The translations under genes and the position numbers were made by a program. From the IMG/VR virus record IMGVR_UViG_3300035135_002062: 64,000 nt of DNA; one strand, 5' to 3'. Under the pieces are notes generated by a model, which saw only the letters and a program-made list of their open reading frames with translations, ran no database searches and had not been told where the DNA came from. Source of the DNA: an uncultured virus (IMG/VR IMGVR_UViG_3300035135_002062). Its lineage: Duplodnaviria > Heunggongvirae > Uroviricota > Caudoviricetes. Shown here one piece after another: positions 19,770-30,204 of the stretch (positions are counted from its first letter, which is position 1; every line of letters starts with the position of its first letter).

Positions 19770-21557
19770 TTAAACCTGTTTAGTTCTACTACCAAATAAC
19801 CACATATATTCTTTATATTGTTCCATGGTCATATTTTGATTTGTTGTTGGATGAGACGGTGGTGCATTTTTGTCCATCGCCATAGAGCCAACCGCATCAA
19901 ATGCCGTCCCATAGGAATAAAATGATTTATTAGTATCGTAAGTTCTCTCTGAAAGAGTCCAAGAATCTAACATGGATTTGTTGGCATTATCGTTTCTTTT
20001 TAATTGAGTGAAACAGATATCTCCAACATACATTGCAATTGCCATCGCCATAATAGCGTCATCATGGGCACCTTTCATGTGATTAGGTCTACCATTTATA
20101 TAAACAAAAGTGTTTAGTTCATTAAGTAGTCTTGAAGATCTAACAACAAAACCATGTCTTAACTGTTCCTCAAAACTTGCGACTATCTGTGTTCTTTTAT
20201 TATTAAAATTTATACCTGGTATTTTTTCTTGTGATTTTTTCCATGATTGCCACATATTATTGGATGTTATACCGTCAACATATTGATCTTTATATCCCAT
20301 CTCTTGTAATTTTCTTGAAGTGGCAATACCCATACCACCCGTAATATCTGTTGCGACAAATGCTTTATATAGAACACCCCATTTATAAACTATTGATGCT
20401 AAATCGTCGGGTGGTATCTTACCGACATATTCCGCAACTTGTTCCCTTTCATCAAAATCAATTACACATATCGAAGACGCATCCGCACTATCACCTCTTG
20501 AAACGTCAACTCCCATGATATACCTATGACCCTCAACAGGTTCTTTCCATAACCACATAGTACCCTGCATATATTTTTCAATCGGGTCTTTAATCATGGT
20601 CTTTCTTATCCTATCTTGTACACTGTTAGGGATAACACCGTCACCAGAACCGAGGAAGTCACACTCCAATTCCTGTGCGATTTTTCTTTTATCATATTTG
20701 AATTTCTTTGCCATATTCTCAAACCAAGTAGAATATGGTTTATAACCTTGATCCATCAATGTTACATAGTTCTCCCAACCTTCTTCCAAGGTAATGTCCT
20801 TATCATTATATTGTTCTCTGTTCAACATATAATGAATTATATCATCAACCCTTAACCATTTAAGGTCACTTGCGTATCTTGGATCTTTAAACCACCTAAG
20901 GTCGGTAATATGAAAATCATTCATACCACGTAGAGCTTGATCATATACACCATAATAGATTGGGTCATACCCGTTTGGTGTGGATATAAGAATAACTTTA
21001 CCACCTGTAGATAGGGAGGCCATACACGCAGCCCAAAAATCTTCACCCGCTTCGATATATGCCGCCTCATCAAATACAAGAACCGTAGGTGTATAACCAC
21101 GAAGTGCATCTGCGGAAGTTGCAACGGCCTTAACCTCACAACCATTATTCATCCTATATCTACTTTCGGAGTTTTTGTCTACAGAGAACCCAACATTGAT
21201 CCATTCGGGCCATTGATCTAAGAAACCACGAATTTTATTCGCCATTTCTATTGCAGTATCTCTTTTGTTTGCAATAATTAGAACCCTCTCAGGGTTATCG
21301 GGACTCGCAGTTTGTATCTTCTTTGATATCCACGCAGCGGTTACTGTAGAAACACCCGCCTGTCTATACTTACGTGTTATATTTTCATTATAGTTATCAT
21401 AGTCTTGGATCAACTGTACTTGATCAGGAAATAACTCTAATGGAACATATTTCTTTTGTGTATTATCATACGTTGTCAAATACGTTTTAAGGGCATAAGG
21501 AGTGTCCTTCATGATCTTTGCGTATTCCTTTAATTGTATGAGTTTGTTTTTGTCCAT
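19770..21557 (-). CDS. terminase large subunit, T4 gp17-like
   Basis: KYRQAGVST (Walker A variant), LVFDEAAYI, ISTPNG, QELECDFLGS, GVDVSRG, HDDAIMA. Confidence 0.96.
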   Translation of the reverse strand: MDKNKLIQLKEYAKIMKDTPYALKTYLTTYDNTQKKYVPLELFPDQVQLIQDYDNYNENITRKYRQAGVSTVTAAWISKKIQTASPDNPERVLIIANKRDTAIEMANKIRGFLDQWPEWINVGFSVDKNSESRYRMNNGCEVKAVATSADALRGYTPTVLVFDEAAYIEAGEDFWAACMASLSTGGKVILISTPNGYDPIYYGVYDQALRGMNDFHITDLRWFKDPRYASDLKWLRVDDIIHYMLNREQYNDKDITLEEGWENYVTLMDQGYKPYSTWFENMAKKFKYDKRKIAQELECDFLGSGDGVIPNSVQDRIRKTMIKDPIEKYMQGTMWLWKEPVEGHRYIMGVDVSRGDSADASSICVIDFDEREQVAEYVGKIPPDDLASIVYKWGVLYKAFVATDITGGMGIATSRKLQEMGYKDQYVDGITSNNMWQSWKKSQEKIPGINFNNKRTQIVASFEEQLRHGFVVRSSRLLNELNTFVYINGRPNHMKGAHDDAIMAMAIAMYVGDICFTQLKRNDNANKSMLDSWTLSERTYDTNKSFYSYGTAFDAVGSMAMDKNAPPSHPTTNQNMTMEQYKEYMWLFGSRTKQV

Positions 21558-21570
21558 ATCTTATAAATAC

Positions 21571-21595
21571 AAAAAAAGTGGTATCTAACCACTTT
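21571..21595 (-). terminator. probable terminator upstream of the terminase promoter
   Basis: AAAGTGGT-ATCTA-ACCACTTT hairpin with a U-run on the minus strand. Confidence 0.6.
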
Positions 21596-21613
21596 CATCA
21601 GGACTTGTGAAGT

Positions 21614-22924
21614 TTACTCGTCGTCGTCAGATAGGGATATACCTAATGAACCTAAGAAACTATCTAATCCATCATCAGAGTCTTCCATTTCTCTATTGTA
21701 TTGATCTTCTTCATAATCTTCTCTTTTAAGATCATCAATAATTTGGTTGACCATGTTATTTACTATTTCTTTACCAAGTTCACTACCTCTTAATATCTCT
21801 CTTGATACTTTAAAAAATTCCTGAGTGTCTAACGCGGAAAATCTTGAGAATAGATAATTCTGTATATGTTTGATATCCTCATCAAACAGTCTATTAGGAT
21901 ACGACTCGTAGAATTTTTCCCATATCACGGGACCTAACCTTAAATCCCAAATTTCAGAAGGTATAGTATCTGTTTTACTCATTACCATTTCCGCAGCTCT
22001 TGGGTCGTCAGGTAAACCTTGAGTACCTAATATTTCCATAACACCTTTAATTAGTTCGTGGACAAGTGCGGGGAAGAATACGGCTCTCGCTTTCACCGTA
22101 GGTGGGTCTGTTTCTGTATCAACCTCTTCTTTACCTGCAAAACCACCCTGACCAAACTGTCCTTCGATAACACCATCAGGTAATATCCAATACATTAGAT
22201 CATTTATGGACATTAGAACACCATATTGGTTTACGATATTAGGGTCTCTTTCAGTTAATTCATTGGCAACCAATTCAAACATAAAATGTCCTTTCTTAGA
22301 TGCACCTTGTATTAACGCATTTATAAATCTTCTTTTTGCGGTCTCAGCATCAAACTTCTCCATTGCAGTGATAAACTGTTCAACGTCATTTTCTGCCTCC
22401 TCAGGATTTACACCAAACTGTTGTTCTACTTCCTCCTCATCAGGATCTTCACCCTGCATTTGGAAACCTTCGGGATCTATACCTCCCATCGGTACTATTT
22501 GGGCATCAAACTGTAACTGACCTTCAGGTAATGCCATTTCTTTTTTAACTAACTGTACCGCTAAATTTTCTAAATACTCTTTGTTTTCACTCTCGAATGA
22601 CATGACGGATCTTAGAGTACCCATCAATGTTTGTTGTAATGACATGAATGATGCTTGAGAAGTAACATCACCTTCAAATCCTGTATATCTTTTTACCTTT
22701 TCTACTACATCTTTGAATCTCTTTGATGCTATTAGTTCCTCCCAATTGGATGGTAGTCCATCAGGTTCTTCTTCAGGAAAACCAGGGTTATCTTTAAATG
22801 GTGTTTCTCTATCTCTAAGTTTATCCTCGATATCCTTATTAATTCTTTCAGGAGAATCACCGTAATCTATCGGTGCCTCCTTCATTGATTTAATTGTCTC
22901 TAATAAATTTTTCTTAGTTATCAT
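21614..22924 (-). CDS. hypothetical protein, probable virion/head-associated
   Basis: 436-aa ORF in the late operon; contains FPALVHELIKG. Confidence 0.7.
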   Translation of the reverse strand: MITKKNLLETIKSMKEAPIDYGDSPERINKDIEDKLRDRETPFKDNPGFPEEEPDGLPSNWEELIASKRFKDVVEKVKRYTGFEGDVTSQASFMSLQQTLMGTLRSVMSFESENKEYLENLAVQLVKKEMALPEGQLQFDAQIVPMGGIDPEGFQMQGEDPDEEEVEQQFGVNPEEAENDVEQFITAMEKFDAETAKRRFINALIQGASKKGHFMFELVANELTERDPNIVNQYGVLMSINDLMYWILPDGVIEGQFGQGGFAGKEEVDTETDPPTVKARAVFFPALVHELIKGVMEILGTQGLPDDPRAAEMVMSKTDTIPSEIWDLRLGPVIWEKFYESYPNRLFDEDIKHIQNYLFSRFSALDTQEFFKVSREILRGSELGKEIVNNMVNQIIDDLKREDYEEDQYNREMEDSDDGLDSFLGSLGISLSDDDE

Positions 22925-23514
22925 TACTCCGCCGCTTGTTTCAATTCAATACCAATAGAATCAAAAGAAAAAACCTTAGGTAATTTTGCTTTTGGTTTTG
23001 GTTTATGTTTTGGTTTGAAAGGATTTTCCCTACTTGGTTTACTTGGTTTCTCCCTTGTAGGTGTATCCACGTCAGGTTTAGAAGGTGCGGGTGATTGTTC
23101 ATCAACATCGAACATGTCTTTAGCCGCAACTAATCGATCCGCGGTGTCAGATAGTGCACCAATCATTTCAAAAATTTCTTCTTTGGTTGTAACACCAGGA
23201 TAGTATTTATCTTTTACTAACCCTTCAACCCATTCGTTAATTTCTTCTTGATCTTCTTCACTAACTTCTGAGCACTCATCGCAATCGCTTTCTTCATCAA
23301 TTTCTGTTTGATCTTCTTCATAAGTTACAAAAGTTTTATTGTCTTGTTTTGCCTTCTCTATGGCTTGGTTATCGTCTTTAGGAATATTTAAAGTTTGTTC
23401 TGATAATAATCTTTCTGATAAATCAGTAAGTTGTTTATCATTTAAACCACTTAAAAATTTCTCTGATAAACCCTCATTTACGAGTTTATTAATAATCTGT
23501 TTTCTATTTTTCAT
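22924..23514 (-). CDS. hypothetical protein with Pro/Lys-rich C-terminus
   Basis: 196-aa ORF coupled to its neighbours. Confidence 0.7.
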   Translation of the reverse strand: MKNRKQIINKLVNEGLSEKFLSGLNDKQLTDLSERLLSEQTLNIPKDDNQAIEKAKQDNKTFVTYEEDQTEIDEESDCDECSEVSEEDQEEINEWVEGLVKDKYYPGVTTKEEIFEMIGALSDTADRLVAAKDMFDVDEQSPAPSKPDVDTPTREKPSKPSRENPFKPKHKPKPKAKLPKVFSFDSIGIELKQAAE

Positions 23515-23915
23515 ACCCCTAAATTATATTTTAGTTCTTCGTTTATAAGTTCGTATCCTCTACTCGATAATTTAAAGTTCACACTTTCTATATCTTCCCC
23601 GAATGAGAATGTAAGTCTTTCCTCATCACTCTCTTCGTCAAATTTCTCCCAACCTAATGAGATAACACCATCTACAGCGTCAATAATACCAAAGTAGTCA
23701 GACTTCTGTACAAGGTCTAAGTCTACATTAGTGTTTTTTAAAACACCAACAAGATCAATGTATTCTAAATCGGGGGATAGTGATTCTGTATAAGTAGATG
23801 CGGGAATGTGATACCATTCGTCTATATCAAACTCAGTGTGTTTACTGAAGATGAATTCATATTGTTTCTGGCCTTTATAATCAGCACCAATTTCATTGAT
23901 ATAGATTAGTTTCAT
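23511..23915 (-). CDS. hypothetical protein
   Basis: 134-aa ORF in operon. Confidence 0.7.
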   Translation of the reverse strand: MKLIYINEIGADYKGQKQYEFIFSKHTEFDIDEWYHIPASTYTESLSPDLEYIDLVGVLKNTNVDLDLVQKSDYFGIIDAVDGVISLGWEKFDEESDEERLTFSFGEDIESVNFKLSSRGYELINEELKYNLGV

Positions 23916-23916
23916 C

Positions 23917-24954
23917 TTATTGGAAATATTTGCTCAAAGTCTCGTCAACGTGTTTGTTGATTTCCGACTTAAGCTGATCCAAATCGATTTCACCTATTTC
24001 TTCAGTATCGTTAGAATCGTCACCTTCCTCTACTTCTCCTTCATGTTTAACACTTAGGTCTGCGTAGTCTTCGATAGATTTCTCTATAATAGGTTCTTCT
24101 TCTTTTTGAACAATCGGAGTGTCGTTAACAAAACTCTCAAGTTTATCCATTATCTCATCTACCTCACCATCTACTTCATCATCAGAAGGACCTTCATCGT
24201 CCATAGGTAGATCATCTGTTGGTAGACCTTCGTCATCACCACTGAAATCATCGTCTTTAGGTTCGAATTTTTCTGCAATTTCTTCTCTATCTTCTTCATC
24301 AAGAGAATCTAAGTTTACTGCTGAAAGAACCATATTAATAACATATTTGATGTCATCACTTTCCATTCTTTCTTTTACATCTCTCAATGCCTGACCTAAT
24401 TTACCTGAGAATTTTTGAACCTCAGCCATATAGTCTGATCTTTTACCTACCTCTTCTTCTTCACCACCTTCATCATCACCTTCAATACCAGCGTCTGCAG
24501 GAGGTAAATCATCTACAGGTGCGTCATCAATAGGGTCTTCTACAGGTGCAGGAATATCTTCGATTGGTGCTTCAGGTGCAACTGCCTCGGCAGGTTTCTC
24601 TGATTTAGATTTAAGAACATATTTCTTAGCTTCATTCAATTCCTCTTGACCACTTATTAATTCAAGTCTTTTTAGTGCTTCAGAGTATGAAGAAAATTTA
24701 TTTTTATTTTTCATGAAGATACCACCAATATAGTCTAAAGTACTTTCGTTAAGTCCTTTTTTCACATAGTATCCATCTTTTTCTTTTACGATACCGTAAG
24801 TACCAACTTTAGATTCTTTAAGATATTCTACAGAAGTTTTTTTATTTTCGGAAACGACATTATTGGATCTACCATAATTGGCAATCTCCATAATTCTTTT
24901 AATTTTATCGTCACCAGATAATCTTTCGCTACCTAATGGTTTAAGATCTGACAT
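23917..24954 (-). CDS. acidic hypothetical protein, probable prohead core component
   Basis: 345 aa; several L/V-x-E sites; TATTTATA upstream. Confidence 0.6.
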   Translation of the reverse strand: MSDLKPLGSERLSGDDKIKRIMEIANYGRSNNVVSENKKTSVEYLKESKVGTYGIVKEKDGYYVKKGLNESTLDYIGGIFMKNKNKFSSYSEALKRLELISGQEELNEAKKYVLKSKSEKPAEAVAPEAPIEDIPAPVEDPIDDAPVDDLPPADAGIEGDDEGGEEEEVGKRSDYMAEVQKFSGKLGQALRDVKERMESDDIKYVINMVLSAVNLDSLDEEDREEIAEKFEPKDDDFSGDDEGLPTDDLPMDDEGPSDDEVDGEVDEIMDKLESFVNDTPIVQKEEEPIIEKSIEDYADLSVKHEGEVEEGDDSNDTEEIGEIDLDQLKSEINKHVDETLSKYFQ

Positions 24955-25022
24955 ATTACAAATATTTGTTTATAACTTATTCTTATTCTATAAATACAAC
25001 AATATCGAGAAAAAAATATCGT

Positions 25023-25793
25023 TTATTGTTGTGCTATAGATAATTTCTTGTCTGTGGTTTTAGTTTGGATCTCCAATAACTTACCTATATATCCGTTTCT
25101 TCTCAATAATTTAAACGCTAAGTTTTCGTAAGAATATTCTCCACCTTTATCTAAACCACTTTGTCTAAACTTTTTTAATTTTTGTTTAGTTTTTAAAATA
25201 TCATCACTTACGTCCTTCCCTGAATCAAAATCGGAGTCTATCTGATCTATAATATCTTCAAAGATTGATGCCTTTTTAATGATCATATCTTTATCAATCG
25301 ACTGAACTGTTTTCTGAGGAGTAACAACCCAATTATCATTTAAAATTGAGTATATACCCGATGCGGTATGTTTTTCTTTTACATCTTGAACATAGATTTC
25401 ACAATCAAAACCTTTGATCATGATTTCATGTTGTTTGTTCCATAGACTTCTCTTACTATCAAAAAAACCCTTTAAGAGGTCTAAGTTGTAATCGGTCTCA
25501 TCATAGTCTATCAGAATATGTAAATCTACATCGGAGTATTTTGACCAATTATAGTTTGATAGAGAACCTGTTAGAATTATATCATGGATAAAAAATTCTA
25601 TATCTATGAAATCCATAAATTTCTCTGTGACTTCGATAAGTCGATCTCTTATCTCTTTGTGCATAGAAAATTCACCATCTTGATTTTCAAAAATATCTTC
25701 AGATAGTGAATCCCTAATTTCAAAAGATTTTACAATCTCTTGATTATTACCAATTTCTTCAATTAACTCATCAACAATCTTGATGTTACTCAT
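25023..25793 (-). CDS. Pol-beta superfamily nucleotidyltransferase
   Basis: DIILTGSLSNYNWSKYSDVDLHILID (GS...DxD), third acidic residue in CEIYVQD. Confidence 0.8.
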   Translation of the reverse strand: MSNIKIVDELIEEIGNNQEIVKSFEIRDSLSEDIFENQDGEFSMHKEIRDRLIEVTEKFMDFIDIEFFIHDIILTGSLSNYNWSKYSDVDLHILIDYDETDYNLDLLKGFFDSKRSLWNKQHEIMIKGFDCEIYVQDVKEKHTASGIYSILNDNWVVTPQKTVQSIDKDMIIKKASIFEDIIDQIDSDFDSGKDVSDDILKTKQKLKKFRQSGLDKGGEYSYENLAFKLLRRNGYIGKLLEIQTKTTDKKLSIAQQ

Positions 25794-26035
25794 TTCAGTT
25801 TCTTGTACTCGTAGGTCTTCGATATATTCAAATTGAAGAACCTACCTGTGGATTCTGCGAGTCTAAGTTTTGTAAACTTTTCCCACGGAACCTTATAATA
25901 CTCATACACACCACCACTTTTAAAAGTAATTTGTAGTGTACCGTCTTCAGTATTATAAGACGCAGACTTAAGATTTGATGATGTTATCTCACAAAGAATG
26001 TTTTTACCCTCAATTGTTTCAGATGATATAGGCAT
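25790..26035 (-). CDS. KTSC-domain protein
   Basis: SSNLKSASYN...LQITFKSGGVYEYYKVP...AESTGRFFNLNI. Confidence 0.9.
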   Translation of the reverse strand: MPISSETIEGKNILCEITSSNLKSASYNTEDGTLQITFKSGGVYEYYKVPWEKFTKLRLAESTGRFFNLNISKTYEYKKLK

Positions 26036-26114
26036 AATATTATGTTTTATATAAAATGTAACAATTTATCGGGACAAAATCAAGTCCGTCTGATGTACCT
26101 AATAAATATCTGTG

Positions 26115-26148
26115 AAAAAATAAACCCCCAATAAAGGGGGATTTATTT
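26115..26148 (-). terminator. terminator after hsp20
   Basis: CCCCC/GGGGG-core hairpin flanked by an A-run. Confidence 0.65.
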
Positions 26149-26515
26149 ATTTGATTGAGATGGTTCTTTGTTTTGTGACCTTTTTGTTCTTCGGTATTGT
26201 GATCTTTAAAATACCATTCTCAGATTTAGCACTAATCTTACTTTGTGTTACATCCTCAGGTAATTGATAGGATCTTTCAAACGTATGAACAAATGAATTT
26301 TCGTTTTCTTCGTTAGTATATGATACTTTTAATAAGTTTTCCTCGACAGTAACAGATACATCATCTTTTGTTAAGCCAGGTAATACAAATTGTAATTCAT
26401 ATTCATTATCAGTTTCGTTCTTTATAGTATTCACAAAACCTGAATAATTTTGTTTATGGTCATTGAAAAAATTCTCAACCAAGTTAAAAAATGGGTCTCT
26501 TTTTAATAAAAACAT
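26147..26515 (-). CDS. small heat shock protein (Hsp20/alpha-crystallin)
   Basis: LPGLTKDDVSV, FERSYQLP, SAKSENGILKITIPK. Confidence 0.93.
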   Translation of the reverse strand: MFLLKRDPFFNLVENFFNDHKQNYSGFVNTIKNETDNEYELQFVLPGLTKDDVSVTVEENLLKVSYTNEENENSFVHTFERSYQLPEDVTQSKISAKSENGILKITIPKNKKVTKQRTISIK

Positions 26516-26697
26516 TTTCTTTAAATTTTTATAAGTTTATTTATATAGTAATAGACAAAATGAATACCAAGATTAAAAACCTGAAGTTTTGTCACAAATA
26601 TAACATTTATACGTGACATATTGACACTGTAGGTGTTATCTTATGTCGAGGTTGACTTTTGGTATTATTTTGTGTATGTTTTATAAAAATTGATTTT

Positions 26698-28716
26698 ATG
26701 CCAATAGATTTTTACGAAGATAACGAAGAGAAACAATCACAGAGAAAAGGTAAGAAGAATAGTAATACACCCGTTCTCGATAATTTTTCAAGAGATTTAA
26801 CAAGATTAGCCCAAGAAGGTAGGATAGACCCTATTATAGGTAGAGACAAAGAGGTAATGAGAATATCACGAATCTTGTCTCGAAAAAAGAAAAATAATGT
26901 GGTTATAGTTGGTGATGCGGGTGTTGGTAAATCCGCACTTGTTGAAAAACTAGCGTTAATGATTACTGAGGGTACATGCCCAACCAATCTCCTTGATAAG
27001 AGAATCATGGCTCTTGATTTGACTGCTTTGGTTGCAGGAACAAAATATAGAGGACAATTTGAAGAGAGAATTAAGGCGATATTAACTGAGTTAGAAGATG
27101 CACCTAATGTAATTGTTTTTATTGATGAACTACATACTATGGTTGGTGCAGGAAACGCGTCAGGTTCTATGGATGCCGCGAATATTTTGAAACCCGCACT
27201 CGCAAGAGGAGAAATTCAATGTATAGGAGCAACAACTTTTGATGAATTTAAAAAGAACATTGAGAAAGATGGTGCTTTGGTAAGAAGATTCCAAAAAATT
27301 ATTTTACAAGAACCAACATACGATGAAACCATTGAGATTCTTAAAAACTTAAGACCTTCTTATGAGGACTATCATAGGGTTAATTACACAAAAGATGTTA
27401 TTGAAACCATTGTAATGTTGTCAAAAAGATATATTACAGATAAACAATTTCCTGATAAGGCAATTGACATATTGGATGAGTTAGGTTCTGAAAAGAAAAT
27501 AAGTATTAAAGTACCTGAATCGATTGAAGAACTTAAAAAAGAGGCAGACGATATTAAACTCCAAAAATTGGCAGTCGTAAAAGATCAAAATTATGAGTTA
27601 GCCGCGAACTTAAGAGACCAAGAAAAATCAGTATTAAAGAAACTTGATCAGGAAAAGATAAAGTGGAATAACGAACAGAAATTAAATAAAAAACCCATCC
27701 ACGTTGATGATGTTTATGAGATGATCAGTGACACCGTTGGTGTACCGATTAATAAACTCGATTCGACTGAGTCTAAAAACTTACTCTCTTTAGAAAAGAA
27801 TATTACTAAAAGAGTTATTGGTCAAGACGATGCGGTTAGTAAAATTGCAAAGGCCATTAGAAGAAATAGAGTCGGAGTACGTGGTGCAAACAAACCTATC
27901 GGATCTTTTATGTTTTTAGGGTCAACAGGTGTAGGTAAAACTTATTTAGCGAAAACACTTGCAGACACATTATTCGGTGATCCTGAAAAAATCATTCGTG
28001 TTGATATGAGTGAATTTATGGAAAAACATAATGTCTCCAAACTAATTGGTTCTCCACCAGGATATGTTGGATATGATGAGGGTGGACAACTAACTGAAAA
28101 AATTAAAAATAATCCTTTTTCTGTTGTATTGTTCGATGAGATAGAAAAGGCACATAAGGATGTATTTAATCTTCTACTTCAAATATTAGATGAAGGTCAC
28201 CTAACCGATTCATTCGGAAGAAAAGTTAACTTCTCCAATACACTTATTATCATGACATCTAATATAGGTGCTAAGAAAGTTTCTGATTTTGGTGCGGGAG
28301 TAGGTTTTTCAGACGAAACCAATCAAGAAAAGGTTAAAGATTCAATTATTAAAAAATCACTAAAACAACAATTTAGTCCTGAGTTTTTGAATAGAGTTGA
28401 TGATATCGTTGTATTCAATAAATTAGAAGAAAAGTCTCTGAAAAGAATTGTGACTATAGAAATGAATAAATTGAAATCAAGACTAAAAGAAAAGAATTAT
28501 AATATTAAATTCCATTCTTCGGTTTCAATAGAAATTTTAAATAGAAATTCTGAAGAAGAATATGGTGCTAGACCTATAAGAAGAATCATACAAAATCTAT
28601 GTGAAGATTTTATTAGTGATCAGATTTTATTAGGTAATATAAACGAGAAAGAACCTATAGAAATTAAATTTTCCGAAGGGGAATTGAAATTTTCTGAAAA
28701 TTTACCCCTGATTTAA
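26698..28716 (+). CDS. clpC: ClpC-type AAA+ chaperone/protease ATPase lacking the N-terminal Clp-N domain
   Basis: Two AAA modules (GDAGVGKS, FIDELH; GSTGVGKT, FDEIEKAH), UVR M-domain (QNYELAANLRD), ClpP-docking GVGF loop; ATG at 26698. Confidence 0.9.
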   Translation: MPIDFYEDNEEKQSQRKGKKNSNTPVLDNFSRDLTRLAQEGRIDPIIGRDKEVMRISRILSRKKKNNVVIVGDAGVGKSALVEKLALMITEGTCPTNLLDKRIMALDLTALVAGTKYRGQFEERIKAILTELEDAPNVIVFIDELHTMVGAGNASGSMDAANILKPALARGEIQCIGATTFDEFKKNIEKDGALVRRFQKIILQEPTYDETIEILKNLRPSYEDYHRVNYTKDVIETIVMLSKRYITDKQFPDKAIDILDELGSEKKISIKVPESIEELKKEADDIKLQKLAVVKDQNYELAANLRDQEKSVLKKLDQEKIKWNNEQKLNKKPIHVDDVYEMISDTVGVPINKLDSTESKNLLSLEKNITKRVIGQDDAVSKIAKAIRRNRVGVRGANKPIGSFMFLGSTGVGKTYLAKTLADTLFGDPEKIIRVDMSEFMEKHNVSKLIGSPPGYVGYDEGGQLTEKIKNNPFSVVLFDEIEKAHKDVFNLLLQILDEGHLTDSFGRKVNFSNTLIIMTSNIGAKKVSDFGAGVGFSDETNQEKVKDSIIKKSLKQQFSPEFLNRVDDIVVFNKLEEKSLKRIVTIEMNKLKSRLKEKNYNIKFHSSVSIEILNRNSEEEYGARPIRRIIQNLCEDFISDQILLGNINEKEPIEIKFSEGELKFSENLPLI

Positions 28717-28758
28717 AAGAAAACGGAACTTTTTTAATTTTTATATATATTTATACAT

Positions 28759-28863
28759 CGAAGGTTCTCTTTGCCGAAACCTTTTCGTTTTTCTCGTTAT
28801 TCAATGGTGTTGAAACCATTGTAGACCTAAAACCCCAGCAATCCTTGTTGGGGTTTATTTTTT
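28759..28863 (+). ncRNA. putative small non-coding RNA 1
   Basis: TATTTATA late motif at 28748-28755, hairpins AAGGTT/AACCTT and CAATGGT/ACCATTG, then terminator AAACCCCAGCAA-TCC-TTGTTGGGGTTT plus U-run; no ORF. Confidence 0.6.
28829..28863 (+). terminator. rho-independent terminator
   Basis: 12-bp hairpin with one G-U pair (favours the plus strand) followed by a T-run. Confidence 0.8.
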
Positions 28864-28872
28864 GTCTACTTT

Positions 28873-29754
28873 TTACAAACTGACTAACATGTCCACCAAT
28901 TCTTTTTGTGGGAACATATCAACCTTATCTTTCCTTGTATTTGTATGTGTCCATAAACCTTTCACTTTACCATAGTATGCATCTTCATTAAATTCAAATG
29001 CAGATACACCGATTTTCTTAATCATTTCAGGTAATCCTTTACGAACATCAATCGAGTCTCTCTCCGCTATCCAAAGGATCCATTTTCTTAAAGATTCTAT
29101 TTGTGCATCAGAATAACGATGCCATGTTTTATGTCCTCTGAATTCTTGATCAAGAGTTACTAATTGACTTTCGTGTACTCTTGTACCCGCATATGTTTTA
29201 CCGTCCTTTACCCAACCAAAATTACAAACCTCAATACCAACTGAATGTGTGTGCATATGTTGTGATCCATTTTTTCCTAAATGCCAACCGTAACCACCTT
29301 CGGGAATACATTGTACCATTTCTCCATCGTATCTATCATCATTTCCTTTTACGGAAGGACCACCTAAAACAAATTCAGTAGCAACCGCACCTCTATCATC
29401 CCTACCCCAATGATCAACACATCTATATGGGTTATGCCAACCTGCGGTATGATGTAAGAAAACATATTCTTTACTCGTTGGTCCTTGTTTATATTCCCCC
29501 ACAGGTAAAAAGTGTCTATTTACGATTAAACCGTTTTCCGTTTCATACGTCTTTTCCGAATTATCAGTAGTAGCGAGACCCATAGCGTCCCAAGTGGCAG
29601 GACCGACAATACCGTCAGAATCCAAATTATTTTCTGATTGCCATTTTTTAACAGCGTTCGAAGTTCCCGAACCGAAGATACCATCAGCTCCGATACCGAG
29701 AAATTCTTGAAGTTCTTTAACTTCCTTTCCTCTTGATCCAATTTTTAAAATCAT
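28873..29754 (-). CDS. endolysin: peptidoglycan-binding domain plus N-acetylmuramoyl-L-alanine amidase
   Basis: ADGIFGSGT...DGIVGPATW (PG_binding_1); LHHTAG, SVGIEVCN, HTN...KVD (Amidase_2). Confidence 0.9.
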   Translation of the reverse strand: MILKIGSRGKEVKELQEFLGIGADGIFGSGTSNAVKKWQSENNLDSDGIVGPATWDAMGLATTDNSEKTYETENGLIVNRHFLPVGEYKQGPTSKEYVFLHHTAGWHNPYRCVDHWGRDDRGAVATEFVLGGPSVKGNDDRYDGEMVQCIPEGGYGWHLGKNGSQHMHTHSVGIEVCNFGWVKDGKTYAGTRVHESQLVTLDQEFRGHKTWHRYSDAQIESLRKWILWIAERDSIDVRKGLPEMIKKIGVSAFEFNEDAYYGKVKGLWTHTNTRKDKVDMFPQKELVDMLVSL

Positions 29755-29766
29755 TCTTTATTTTTT

Positions 29767-30000
29767 TTACTCTTGTCCTTTTTTACCAAAGATTTTACCA
29801 ACCTCAGCAATACCAAAAGAACCTAATGTTATCACTACAAAAGAATTGTAGATAAACTCGTTAATTACTAAGTCTTTTCCGAAGTACCCTGTAAGTAAAT
29901 CTGCAAATGCAAATAATGTCATGATTGCAAATGACGCGAAACCAACAACCGATTTCTCGTTAATGTCGTTTTCATCTTTAAATAAGTCTTTAAATGCCAT
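29767..30000 (-). CDS. two-TM membrane protein, candidate holin
   Basis: 77 aa with two hydrophobic helices, directly upstream of the endolysin. Confidence 0.55.
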   Translation of the reverse strand: MAFKDLFKDENDINEKSVVGFASFAIMTLFAFADLLTGYFGKDLVINEFIYNSFVVITLGSFGIAEVGKIFGKKGQE

Positions 30001-30102
30001 AATTTTAATTTTTACTTTTTTAATGATCTCTCGATCTTTTATATAAATAGTTCCGAATCACAGATTGATTCTTTTAAAATTTTTCTGTATTATTTATATC
30101 GT

Positions 30103-30192
30103 ATGATTAAAAGAATTAAGGATCACTTAATTATAAAAACCATACCTTTGTGGTTTCACATAAAAAAAGTGAGATTATGGAGAATGATATGA
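30103..30192 (+). CDS. small basic ORF (29 aa, MIKRIKDHLIIKTIPLWFHIKKVRLWRMI)
   Basis: ATG 4 nt after TATTTATA (30091-30098); below the ORF-track cutoff. Confidence 0.4.
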   Translation: MIKRIKDHLIIKTIPLWFHIKKVRLWRMI

Positions 30193-30204
30193 ATCAAAAC
30201 TTAA

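Noticed and set aside
19770..21557. Possible intein or intron in terminase, portal or capsid genes
   Set aside because: ORFs are continuous and of normal length, with no splicing or LAGLIDADG motifs seen
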